Below, one piece after another: positions 1 through 8,934 of a stretch of 21,139 nucleotides of DNA (the first letter of the stretch is position 1; every line of letters begins with the position of its first letter). Under the pieces are notes generated by a model. It was given only the letters and a program-made list of their open reading frames with translations, searched no databases and had not been told where the DNA came from. The stretch lies in the NCBI RefSeq assembly GCF_006345805.1, contig NW_021823935.1, positions 1-21,139 on the forward strand. The letters run 5' to 3'. The position numbers and the translations under genes were made by a program. The DNA is from Octopus sinensis. Lineage: Eukaryota.

Positions 1-21
1 GAAGTTGTCCATAGGTCAGAT

Positions 22-34
22 GATAGGTAGATAG

Positions 35-104
<70 letters not shown>

Positions 105-131
105 GATAGGTAAATAGATAGATAGATAGAT
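22..131. repeat. (GATA)n microsatellite
   Basis: Direct reading of tandem GATA units. Confidence 0.97.
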
Positions 132-280
132 GTGTGGTAAAAAGTTTCCTCCCCACCCATATGCTCCCGGGTTCAGTCTCACTGCGTGGCACCTTCGGTG
201 ACTGTCTTCTATTATAGCCACGGGCCGATCAAAGCCTTAACAGTAGATTTGATAGGATGAAACTGAAAGAAGCCCGTCGT
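131..280 (+). mobile_element. SINE family B, 5' part (TGTGTGGTAA...GGTTCAGTC...GAAACTGAAAGAAGCCCGTCGT)
   Basis: Aligns by eye with 939-1080 (+), 2551-2588 (+, head only) and 12836-12990 (-). Degenerate A/B-box-like head. Confidence 0.8.
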
Positions 281-549
281 GGCGGTCTAATGGTGCAACG
301 CAATCAATGATATTGACTGAGTTAATTAAGTCTGTCCGGAGTTGCCTCTCTTTTGTATTTCCCGTCGCTAACGGCTAAAGAGCTAAAAAACGCGTCTGTG
401 AATACAACAGTGGGCAGCACTGGACGGATATGGTGTTTTTACACCTTTTTAACATAAGAGAGAGTTTTTTTCTCTGCAGTAATTGCAGTTAATTCACCTT
501 TAGAAGTCGAAATATGTCACAAACACGTTTTAACTAACCTAAAGTTCTT

Positions 550-888
550 ATGTGAAGGCGCATAGCTCAGTGGTTAGAGCGTCGAGCTTACGATCGTGAG
601 GTTGTGAGCTCGAATCCCGGCCGGGCTACGTGTTGTGTTCTCGAGCAAGCACTTTATTTCACGTTGCTCCAGTTCCTCAGCTGTAGAAATGAGTTGCGAC
701 GTCACTGGTGCCAAGCTGTATCGACCTTTGTCTTTCCCTTGGATAACACTGGTGGCGTGGAGAGGGGAGGCCGGTAGCATGGGCGACTTGCTGGTCTTCC
801 ATAAACAACCTTGCCCGACTTGTGTCTAGGAGGGTAACTTTCTAGGTGCAATCCCATGGTCATTCATGACCGAAGGGGGTCTTTTTTT
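550..888 (+). mobile_element. tRNA-derived CORE-type SINE (family A), full length
   Basis: A box TAGCTCAGTGG 563-573, B box GCTCGAATCCC 608-618, CORE-like segment (GAGCAAGCACTTTA...CAGTTCCTCAGCTGTAGAAATGAG), T-run tail, TSD TAAAGTTCTT at 540-549 and 889-898. Second copy at 2159-2460. Confidence 0.88.
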
Positions 889-938
889 TAAAGTTCTTGT
901 ACAGCTTATAAAGTTCTTGTACAACTAACCTAAAGTTC

Positions 939-1080
939 TTGCTTCCCAACCACATTGCTCTAGCTTCACTCCCACTGTGTGGAACCTTGGATAAGTGTCT
1001 TCTCCTATAGCCTCGGGTCGACCAAAGCCTTCTGAGTGGATTTGTTAGATGGAAACTGAAAGAAGCTCATCGTATATATA
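939..1080 (+). mobile_element. SINE family B, 5' part
   Basis: Homologous to 131-280; ends GAAAGAAGCTCATCGTATATATA. Confidence 0.8.
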
Positions 1081-1198
1081 CCTTCCTGCTTCCATATTTC
1101 CTGAGCGCCTATTAATAATAATACTGTAATTGTTCCACTGTTGTTGTTTTTTTGTTTTCCCGTTTGGATTAAAATTATAATATATATATATATATATA

Positions 1199-1450
1199 GG
1201 GAGAGTTTACGAAAAAAACAAAAGACGAAGACAGGTAGTGTACAAAACAAACAGATGTATTAGTAATAACGCTCAGGAATAGAAAAAGTCTTTTACGTTT
1301 CGAGCCTACGCTCTTCTACAGAAAGGGACACAGAGAAAATAAGGAGAGGAAAAAATGTGTGTAGTGGCTAACGATCTATCATGGCGTCTGACTCGCACAG
1401 AAGGGTCACACACGAGAAAGAAAGTAGGGGAGATAACAGAGTAAAAATGA
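1199..1450 (-). mobile_element. Penelope-like/retrozyme-like repeat fragment with a degenerate hammerhead-like motif
   Basis: Shares ACGCTCAGGA...ACGTTTCGAGCC..GCTCT..C.A.AGAAAGG with 10279-10500. Minus strand reads CTTT-CTGTAGAA-GAGC-GTAG-GCTC-GAAA-CG-TA-AAAG. Abuts (TA)n at 1176-1198. Confidence 0.5.
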
Positions 1451-1562
1451 CTCCTAACACGAAGGTGCGTGTGCGTATAAGAGAGTATGTATGTGCGGTG
1501 GTCTGGACGTGTGCGTGTATGTATGTGTAGGTGGGAAAATGTGAGGATGGGTGTGTGTGTTG

Positions 1563-1660
1563 ATATACATACATATATATATATATATATACACATATAT
1601 ACATACACACACACACACACACACATACACACACACACATATATATATACATATATATAT
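1563..1660. repeat. (TA)n/(CA)n compound microsatellite
   Basis: Direct reading. Confidence 0.95.
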
Positions 1661-1737
1661 ACCGGAGTAAACATAAATGTGAAACAAGGTGGAAAAAAGA
1701 GAACTCAAATACCAGGGGTAGAGTAATATGCGTTATT

Positions 1738-1825
1738 TAAAAGCAGCAGAAATTCAACAAAACCTGTTACTCTGAGTTTCACGAAACTCAGAGTAACAGG
1801 TTTTGTTGAATTTCTGCTGCTTTTA
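1738..1825. repeat. Perfect 43-bp inverted repeat with a 2-nt spacer
   Basis: 1738-1780 (TAAAAGCAGCAGAAATTCAACAAAACCTGTTACTCTGAGTTTC) is the exact reverse complement of 1783-1825; spacer AC. Confidence 0.97.
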
Positions 1826-1832
1826 GATAAAG

Positions 1833-1904
1833 TATATATATGTATGTATGTATTATGTATGTATGTATGTATGTATGTATGTATGTATGTATGTATGTAT
1901 GTAT
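1833..1904. repeat. (TATG)n microsatellite
   Basis: Direct reading. Confidence 0.95.
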
Positions 1905-2100
1905 TTCTGTGTCTATGTTTGTGCCTCCACCATCGCTTAACAACCGATATTGGTATATCTACGTCGTGCAACTTAGTGGTCCGGCTAAGTAGTAGAATAA
2001 GTACCTGGCTTACAAAGAATATATCCTGGGGTCGATTTGTTCGACTACAGGTGGTACTCCAGCATGGCCGCAGTCAGATGAATGGAACAAGTAAAAGAAT
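1905..2100 (+). mobile_element. SINE 3' module (family B'; ...CTCCAGCATGGCCGCAGTCA...ACAAGTAAAAGA)
   Basis: Reverse-complement copies at 5675-5760, 5781-5990 and 9988-10215. Confidence 0.75.
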
Positions 2101-2158
2101 ATATACATGCATACATACACATACACACACATATATATATACACACACACACACATGC

Positions 2159-2460
2159 GTGAAGACACATGGCTCAGTGGTTAGATCGTGAGGTTGTGAG
2201 TTCAAATCCTGGACTTGAGCAAGACACTTTATTTCACGTTGCTCCTGTTCACTAAGCTGTAGAAATGAGTTGCGACGTCACTGATGCCAAGCTGTATCGG
2301 CCTTTATCTTTCCCTTGGATAACATCAGTGGTATGGAGAGAGGCGGTTGCTCTGCATGGGCAACTGCTGATCTTCTATAAACAACCTTGCCCAGACTTGT
2401 GCCTTGGTGGGTAACTTTCTAGGTGCAATCCCATGGTCAGTTATGACCGAAGGGCGTCTC
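2159..2460 (+). mobile_element. tRNA-derived CORE-type SINE (family A), copy with deletions in the head
   Basis: Colinear with 550-888 through ATCCCATGGTCA..ATGACCGAAGGG. A box TGGCTCAGTGG and B box GTTCAAATCC retained. Confidence 0.88.
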
Positions 2461-3346
2461 AAACTTCTAATAAAGGATATTTTTTCAAAAAATTTCATCA
2501 GGTGGCCAGCATATTATAATACCTTTTAAGGTGAAAATTATAAACAATTAGGCATATGAGTGGCTGTGTGGTAAGTAGTTTGCTTACCCGCGCATGCGTG
2601 TTGGTGTTTTGCTTCAACACTTGAACAAGAAGGACATGAGCTAGTACGCTCCGTCCTAAAACTGAAAATTAAGAAGTCTGTAGAGGTAGGTGATTTTGTT
2701 TGTTTTTGTTTTTTTGAGCTGGGCGTCATTTATTGTTTTGGAATTTTTTTCAGTAAATTTCGCCCAGCTCTGGGACAATTTCGCCTGCTCTCGGTGGCTA
2801 TTGTGATTTTTGCTTGTTGAAAAAATGTTGGGGGCGTATCCCCGTCCAAAATTTGAAGTTTGTTCCAGTCATTGAAAATTTTTGTGGCCCATTGTGGCGA
2901 AGATTCGTCTTCTGTGGATTTAAGATTCCAGCTCGGAGTACCAGTCAAAGAAGAAAGCCAGGAATACTTGTGGCCGGAATTGTGTAGTTGCCATTTGAAA
3001 CCATATTTTTATTTCTTCCGTGTTTTTCCTTCTGTTTTTTTTTTAACTGTCCTTTTTGTTTTCTTTTGTCTTATTTTTTACTGTCTATATATTCGTTCGG
3101 TCTTTATTTTTATTTTAATTTTTTCTAGTGTATTTCTATTTTTGTGGCCATTTGAACTTTCTTCCTCGTGGCGATAAAGAATGGTGCCGCTGCTTTGGAG
3201 ATTGTCCCACTCAAGCAGTGGTTAAAAGATATGGAGGAGAGGACAGTGGTGATTAGAACTTATTCTAAAGTTCTTGATACCATCACCGTCTTCCCAAAAC
3301 CAGTTATAGAAAATGAACTGAAAGACTATTTGTCCTCTGTGAAATA

Positions 3347-4619
3347 CGAGGGGTGTTCAATAAGTAATGCCCCTGATCCACTTCCCATAGCAGTAGAGCA
3401 ACGAAACTTGGCACAGTTATTAGTCTTTTTCTACATAGGAACAACCCAGAGTTACGCATTTCTCCCATCTTTTGATGCAGCTCTGGAGACCGTTTTCGTA
3501 GAAGACCCCAGCTTGGTTCTCCAACCTCAACGTGACTTCAGAAATCAAGGCTGCATCATCTGGGAAACGCTTTCCTTTCAAAAACAACTTCATGGCTGGG
3601 AAGAGGTGAAAATCAGAGGGTGCAAGGTCAGGAGAGTAGGGGGATGGGGGAAGAGTTCATAGCCGCACGCCTGTGCTTCTGATCTGGCGACACGCGAGTT
3701 GTGGACCGGAGCGTTGTCCTGCAAGAGGAGAATGCCTTTGCTGATCTTGCCCCGCCACTTGGTTTTGATAGCTTCTCTTAATTTCCTCAAAAGTGAAGCA
3801 TGATAGGCGCCTGTAATTGTGGTACCCTTTGCCAGGAAATCTGTCATCACTACTCCGTCCTGGTCCCAGAAGACTGTGAGCATGACCTTGCCAGCGGAGG
3901 GCTGCACCCTTGCCTTCTTTGGAGGAGGTGAGTCATGGTGCTTCCACTGCATTGACTGGGCTTTGGTCTCTGGATCATAGTGATGGACCCAGGTCTCATC
4001 CTGTGTAATCAGTCTTTTGAAAAATTTTGACTCATCCTCTTGGCACATCCTAAATTCATCCTCGAGCACTCGACGCGTTCTTGCTTCTGGAAAGTGTGAG
4101 CAACCTGGGAATCCATCTGGCAGACACCTTTTGCATATGCAAATGGTCATGAATGATAGTTCCACAGACCCGGTACTAATCTTGACCTCATGGGCTATTT
4201 GCGTCGATCTTTCAAAATGGCAGCCTCAACTTGACGGACAGATGCCTCATCAATGGCAGAAGGGGGCGACCAGATCGGGAGCTGTTTCCACAGAGTTCCG
4301 ACCTTGTTTGAATTCACGATGCCAGCGTTTACAAGGTCATATGATGGGGCATCATCACCATAAGTTACTTTCATTTCATCAAAAGTCTCCTGTGGTGTGC
4401 GTCCTTTCAAATACAAAAACCGGATCACTGCTCGACACTCAACAGGCTCCATTTCCCACTTGACTCATTTCAAACACCTGTAAATCAGAAACCACAATTA
4501 GTTCGGAGCTGTAATTTGCCACGTAATCTATAGAAATATAAATAATTGCACATGCAAAATTTCAGCTAGATCAAACAATGGCAAGTGGGTCAGAGGCATT
4601 ACTTATTGAACGCCCCTCG
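3347..4619 (-). mobile_element. Full-length mariner (Tc1/mariner, DD34D) DNA transposon, ~1273 bp
   Basis: Left ITR CGAGGGGTGTTCAATAAGTAATGCCCCTGATCCACTTCCCATAG versus right-end reverse complement CGAGGGGCGTTCAATAAGTAATGCCTCTGACCCACTTGCCATTG (44 nt, 5 mismatches). TA TSD at 3345-3346 and 4620-4621. Confidence 0.97.
3420..4452 (-). pseudogene. Mariner transposase, frameshifted
   Basis: N-terminus MEPVECRAVIRFLYLKG, then ITQDETWVHHYDPETK, GKVMLTVFWD and LLQDNAPVH. After a frameshift near 3640 it reads YSPDLAPSDFHLFP...RWEKCVTLGCSYVEKD*. Restoring one base gives 34 residues between the 2nd and 3rd catalytic Asp. Confidence 0.95.
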
Positions 4620-5674
4620 TACATATCCCGCGATGTCAAGCATGCAACCGTATGGTTGCTGTTTGACATCCTGGAGAATGCTCGCAATTTCGCGAATCAG
4701 CCCTTGGAGAACAACGAAATTATGTTCCCCCCGTCGTACAGCGGGATGAAATTGATACGAGCCTAGGTATGTGGATTACCCCCGGGCACCGAGGCGAGTT
4801 GGATTGAAGATACCATCCGACGGGGACTGGGGGATAGCGGGCCCAGGCTCTTAAATGTAAGTGTATTGCTGGCGGTCAATTGGGAAGGGTCAAAAGCGAT
4901 TTTGACTCTGTGTGCCCCATCGGCCGCAACAGATATGGTTTTTCCAGATTTTTTTAAATGGCTGGCTGCAGGTATCCGGTGATACTTGAGGGACGTCCAA
5001 CCAAGTGTCACTCGTGCCTGCAGCCAAGCCACATTAAAAAGAACTGCCCCCCAGGACCATGGTAAGGTCCTGGAACAGTCACTGGATGCCACCTCCCCTT
5101 CCCGTTCAAAGGGAGAGGTGGATGTGGTTGACGAGGCTTCAGACTCCGAACAGAGCGGAAGAGCTCCACTCTCCCGAACTCAGGAAGAAAAGAAAGAAAA
5201 GAAAGAAGAACGGGTTATTGCAGGTGGGAGATGATATGCCGTCTGCATGTCCCGAAGTTGTGCCACCCACGGTGGAAGAAACGACCCCCACCCTTAAAGA
5301 TGATGAATTAATTATTTTTTTCTACAGGGTGGGGAGGTGGAAAAATAGTAGAAGACCATAAAGAGACTGTAGATATGCCCTTCACACGGGATCCCGAATG
5401 GCCTCCGCAGATAGCTGTGGAGGTCATAAGGTTTCCCTTGTGGGAAAGGTTTAAAGGATTTGGGGAGAAGTGTCACATATGGCCGGGTGGCCCTTATACG
5501 ACTTACATGTCCTACAGGAGTGAGGCATGGGAAATGGCGGGATACAGGAACTCAAGCGGCGTTGAAGATAATCATGGATATATTGATGGATATATTGATG
5601 AGTAGGAGGTGAAAGATCCTCGTTAGACGGTTTGAAACCTTACCTTATTGTATTATTTCTAGTGGCATTAAGCG

Positions 5675-5990
5675 TTACTCTCTTTTACTCTTTTACTTGT
5701 TTCAGTCATTTGACTGCGGCCATGCTGGAGCACCGCCTTTGGTCGAATCAACATCATTGTATTGTTATTTATTTATTAATGTTTGTTTAACTCGTTGGAC
5801 TGTGACAACCCTGAGGCACCGGGTTGAAGGTTTTAGTCGAACAAATCAAGCCTTGGATTTTATTTTAATCTGGTATTTGTTCTTTGGGTTCTCTACTGCT
5901 GAACCGCTAAGTTATAGGAAGTAAACAAGCCAACACCGGTTGTCAAGTGGCAGTGGAAGATAAACACAATTACAAAGACGCAACATACAC
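5675..5990 (-). mobile_element. Two adjacent SINE 3' modules (family B'): 5675-5760 with an (ACTCTTTT)-type tail, and an older copy at 5781-5990
   Basis: TTTCAGTCATTTGACTGCGGCCATGCTGGAGCACC is reverse-complement homologous to ~2052-2090. Confidence 0.72.
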
Positions 5991-6220
5991 ACACTCATAC
6001 ATACATACACAAATACATACATATTTACGTACATACATTCATACATACATGTATATATACATTCATGCATACATAAATACATATATACATTCAGACATAC
6101 ATTGACACATATATACATGCATACATACATTCAGACATACATACATATATACATACATACATTCATACATTCATGCATACATAATACATAAATACATTAG
6201 GACATACATACATACACACA
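5984..6220. repeat. Degenerate (CATA)n microsatellite
   Basis: Direct reading. Confidence 0.9.
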
Positions 6221-6244
6221 TGTTTAGCTGAAGCACAGTTCTAA

Positions 6245-6410
6245 CCTATGGTTAAAGACGTTCCGGTTATGGTCATCTTGTTTCTTCCTCTGTGTGTGTA
6301 GGACTATGTTATCCTATCGAAAATGTCTTTCTCGTTTTCAAGATATTGGCTGTGATTTGAGGAAAACTTGTCTTCTATTTCCAGTTGACTGTGTAACCAT
6401 CAAGACGCTC
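6245..6410. repeat. Old interspersed repeat fragment, related to 8003-8150 and ~7520-7570
   Basis: Shared CTATG.T.AAA..C.TTCCGG.T.TG..CA start and a GCTG.TATTTCTAG-like motif further on. Confidence 0.45.
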
Positions 6411-6607
6411 TTTCTGCATCAATTTTTTAGAGTTGAAGTTAAACACCAACTGCATGAACCTCGGTGATATTGGAGATCATATCAAAGGTAAATCGATGGC
6501 AAAATCAGGAGGGATTGAAACAAACTAAGCGCTAATTAAATTGGCATTGTTTTTTTCTTCACAAGAATTCGCAAAACCAATCATTTGAATTTTTTTTATA
6601 AAGACAA

Positions 6608-7011
6608 CTAGCAGTATCGCCCGGCGTTGCTCGGGTTTGTAAGGGAAATAACTATATAAGCATTTTTAGAGATGTAAAGTATAATAGACATCTCAATATG
6701 GCTAACCACAAAGGGGGGGGGGGGTGTTACTGTAGCTTTTTACGTTCTGAGATTTAATAATACATTTTTAGAGAGTTACTTCCCTTATATAATAGCAAAA
6801 AAATACATTAAAAATGGGAAAAAATGATGGTAAATTTTTTTTAAATCGTAGACTCATCGTAGACGCGCACTAATACCCAGAAGGGCTCGATATGAATCGC
6901 AACTATAAGTTACCCGCTTTTGGTTAAACTGCACCGCAAAATGTGAGAGTAGTTAGGAATCTAAATCGTAGGAGACAGACACTCATACAACTTCACTTTT
7001 ATATATAAAGA
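6608..7011 (-). mobile_element. Non-autonomous Helitron (404 bp)
   Basis: Minus strand starts TCTTTATATATAAAA and ends CCCGAGCAACGCCGGG hairpin + CGATACTG-CTAG. Inserted between A and T with no TSD. Ends shared with 10547-11055. Confidence 0.9.
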
Positions 7012-7719
7012 TAAACTGAAGAAATTGTTATTGTTAGCCTCTGTTCAGTCTCAAACGAACAAACAATCTTTTCTTGAGAGAGCTGCTTCCGTAGATTCTC
7101 TGTGTCGCCATCCAATTCCATTATTATAAATTTGAATTGGGAGCTTGAATCATTGTGAATCTTTCATTAGCTTGTTATAAAACCATGGACGCTACCCCTA
7201 TGGATGCGTTGCAGTTACTCTTTTGATAGAGTTTGGAGATCCTAACCATTGATCTTCTGGGCTTCCTCCGCTCAGTATCAATGGCTCAGTGGAACTCATC
7301 CGCTGCCTCTTCACAATCCGCCATGCTGCAGTCCCCTTGATTTTGTCATATCCCTTGTAGGGTTACTGAACGGGTGCTATGTCTTGCCAAAGAGCAACCC
7401 ATAACTACACAGGGCACAGTCGTCACTCCGTGAGGTTTTTTTCAAATACCTGCATACCCCAGAACAAACAATATCACTACACAGTCTATTTATATTTCCA
7501 GATTTAAAACAGCAGAGACGAGGGAAGGAGTTGAGTTGAGATTTAGCTGTTATTTCTAGCATGTCTATCAACCTTGATGGAAATGTGTTTTGCATGTGAG
7601 TTAAACCGCATAAATCACTCACTGCAAGCTACACTTATTGCGACATCTTGTGTCAATTTAGCAAAAAGCAGCAGAAGAAGCCTACAGCTGTCATCGGAGA
7701 CAACTCCAGTTATGTGTCG

Positions 7720-7818
7720 AATTTCAGTGAAATGTTACGTCTTCCGGTTTTAAATTTCAGTGAAACATCGATACTTCCGCTTTCAAATTTCCTTAAAGGA
7801 ATTGATTCTTCCGGTTTC
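7720..7818. repeat. Three diverged ~33-bp tandem units
   Basis: AATTTC at 7720/7753/7786 and CTTCCG at 7741/7774/7808. Confidence 0.75.
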
Positions 7819-7877
7819 GCTTCACTTATTCTAGTGTTTTTGTTCATTATCAGATATACTACAAATGAGCATGTTTC

Positions 7878-7972
7878 CACTACTGCCACCGCCACCGCCA
7901 CCGTTGTTGTTGTTGTTGTTGTTGTTGCTGTTGTTTGCTGCTGTTGTTGTTATTTTTGTTGTTGCTGTTGCT
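7878..7972. repeat. (CCACCG)/(GTT)n low-complexity tract
   Basis: Direct reading. Confidence 0.9.
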
Positions 7973-8002
7973 TTTCTCTATAATATAATTACACTAAGCA
8001 AA

Positions 8003-8150
8003 ACTATGATCAAAAGCATTCCGGCTGTGACCACCGGGTCTTGTTTTTAGATATCGTGTGTCCGGATGTAGACGGGCGTGCATATTCTTCTTGTTAAAAC
8101 GTAAGATGTGGTTTAGAGAGATATCTGGCTGCTATTTCTAGTAGGTCGAG
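8003..8150. repeat. Old interspersed repeat fragment, related to 6245-6410
   Basis: CTATGATCAAAAGCATTCCGGCTGTGACCA...GGCTGCTATTTCTAGTAGGTCGAGC. Confidence 0.45.
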
Positions 8151-8278
8151 CATTCGTTCACTTATTGTCGTTATTGCTTAGCGCCAAGACAGCCCTGATT
8201 AACAGACTAAATGTATTCCAATGTGGCTGTATGTGTCTAAGTTTCTAAAACACGGTTTACCTTAGACAAAGTAATCCT

Positions 8279-8284
8279 TGATGG

Positions 8285-8331
<47 letters not shown>

Positions 8332-8430
8332 GTGGTGGTGATGGTGGTGGTGGTGGTGGTGGTGGTGGTGGTGATGACGACGACGCTGATGATGATGATG
8401 ACATTGTTACAGATGAAGATGACGACGATT
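8279..8430. repeat. (GAT)n/(GGT)n compound microsatellite
   Basis: Direct reading. Confidence 0.96.
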
Positions 8431-8491
8431 GTTTTTCTAACTCTGAGAGTGCACTGTTGAATAGTGAGGGGGCAGTGCCGTCCATAGTACC

Positions 8492-8712
8492 TATTTCTTT
8501 ACTACCCACAAGGGGCTAAACAAAGAGGGGACAAACAAGGACAGACAAACGATTACATCGACCCCAGTGCGTAACTGGTACTTAATTTATCGACCCCGAA
8601 AGGATGAAAGGCGAAGTCGACCTCGGCGGAATTTGAACTCAGAACGTAACGGCAGACGAAATACTGCTAAGCATTTCGCCCGGCGTGCTAACGTTTCTGC
8701 CAGCTCGCCGCC
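8492..8712 (-). mobile_element. SINE family C (tRNA-like head, Meta/MESC-like central domain), full length
   Basis: Sense strand GGCGGCGAGCTGGCAGAAACGTTAGCAC...GAGTTCAAATTCC (B box)...GCCTTTCATCCTTTCGGGGTCGATAAATTAAGTACCAG. Flanked by CCATAGTACC at 8482-8491 and 8711-8720. Seven copies or fragments occur in the window. The domain name is from recall. Confidence 0.85.
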
Positions 8713-8934
8713 ATAGTACCGTCCATAGTACCCTCTTAGCTACAGGCATGCTACAAATAATACGATAACTACAATACAAATTACATTATATACACACTAA
8801 TATATGCTTCTTAAATAACATTATATACACCACAACTTATACACCGCACTCGCAACAATTGACATTATTTTATATATCACAAATTACATAGTTTGCTCCA
8901 ACACGAAATGAACGAGAATGTACGTCTCTATGTC

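Larger units (their letters stand above)
3168..5605 (+). pseudogene. gag/ORF1-like nucleic-acid-binding protein relic (RRM-like segments plus CCHC zinc knuckle), L1/Tx1-ORF1-like, interrupted by a mariner at 3347-4621
   Basis: Removing the mariner and one TA gives an in-frame ...DYLSSVK-Y-ISRDVKHATVWLLFD..., then IRA*VCGLPPG.... After a frameshift near the T-run at ~4950 it reads YPVILEGRPTK-CHSC-LQPS-H-IKKN-C-P (C-X2-C-X4-H-X4-C at 5006-5047). In-frame TAG at 4764-4766. The extent beyond ~5240 is uncertain. Confidence 0.75.

Noticed and set aside
557-630. tRNA gene
   Set aside because: A/B boxes are present but there is no proper acceptor or anticodon stem. It continues into a SINE body with a TSD and has a second copy.
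2860-3177. Hydrophobic 105-aa ORF (possible membrane protein)
   Set aside because: Phe/Leu richness derives from a T-rich tract; non-ATG start; no family motif.
3168-3662. 164-aa ORF as a real protein
   Set aside because: Chimeric: only 3168-3346 belongs to the gag-like frame, and the rest is antisense read-through into the mariner.
4017-4463. 148-aa plus-strand ORF
   Set aside because: Antisense to the mariner transposase.
7140-7500. Possible exon or decayed retroelement in complex sequence
   Set aside because: No recognisable motif in the frames I examined; cannot be supported without a search.
8237-8509. Poly-Ser/Pro and poly-Met/Val ORFs
   Set aside because: Translations of the (GAT)n/(GGT)n microsatellite.
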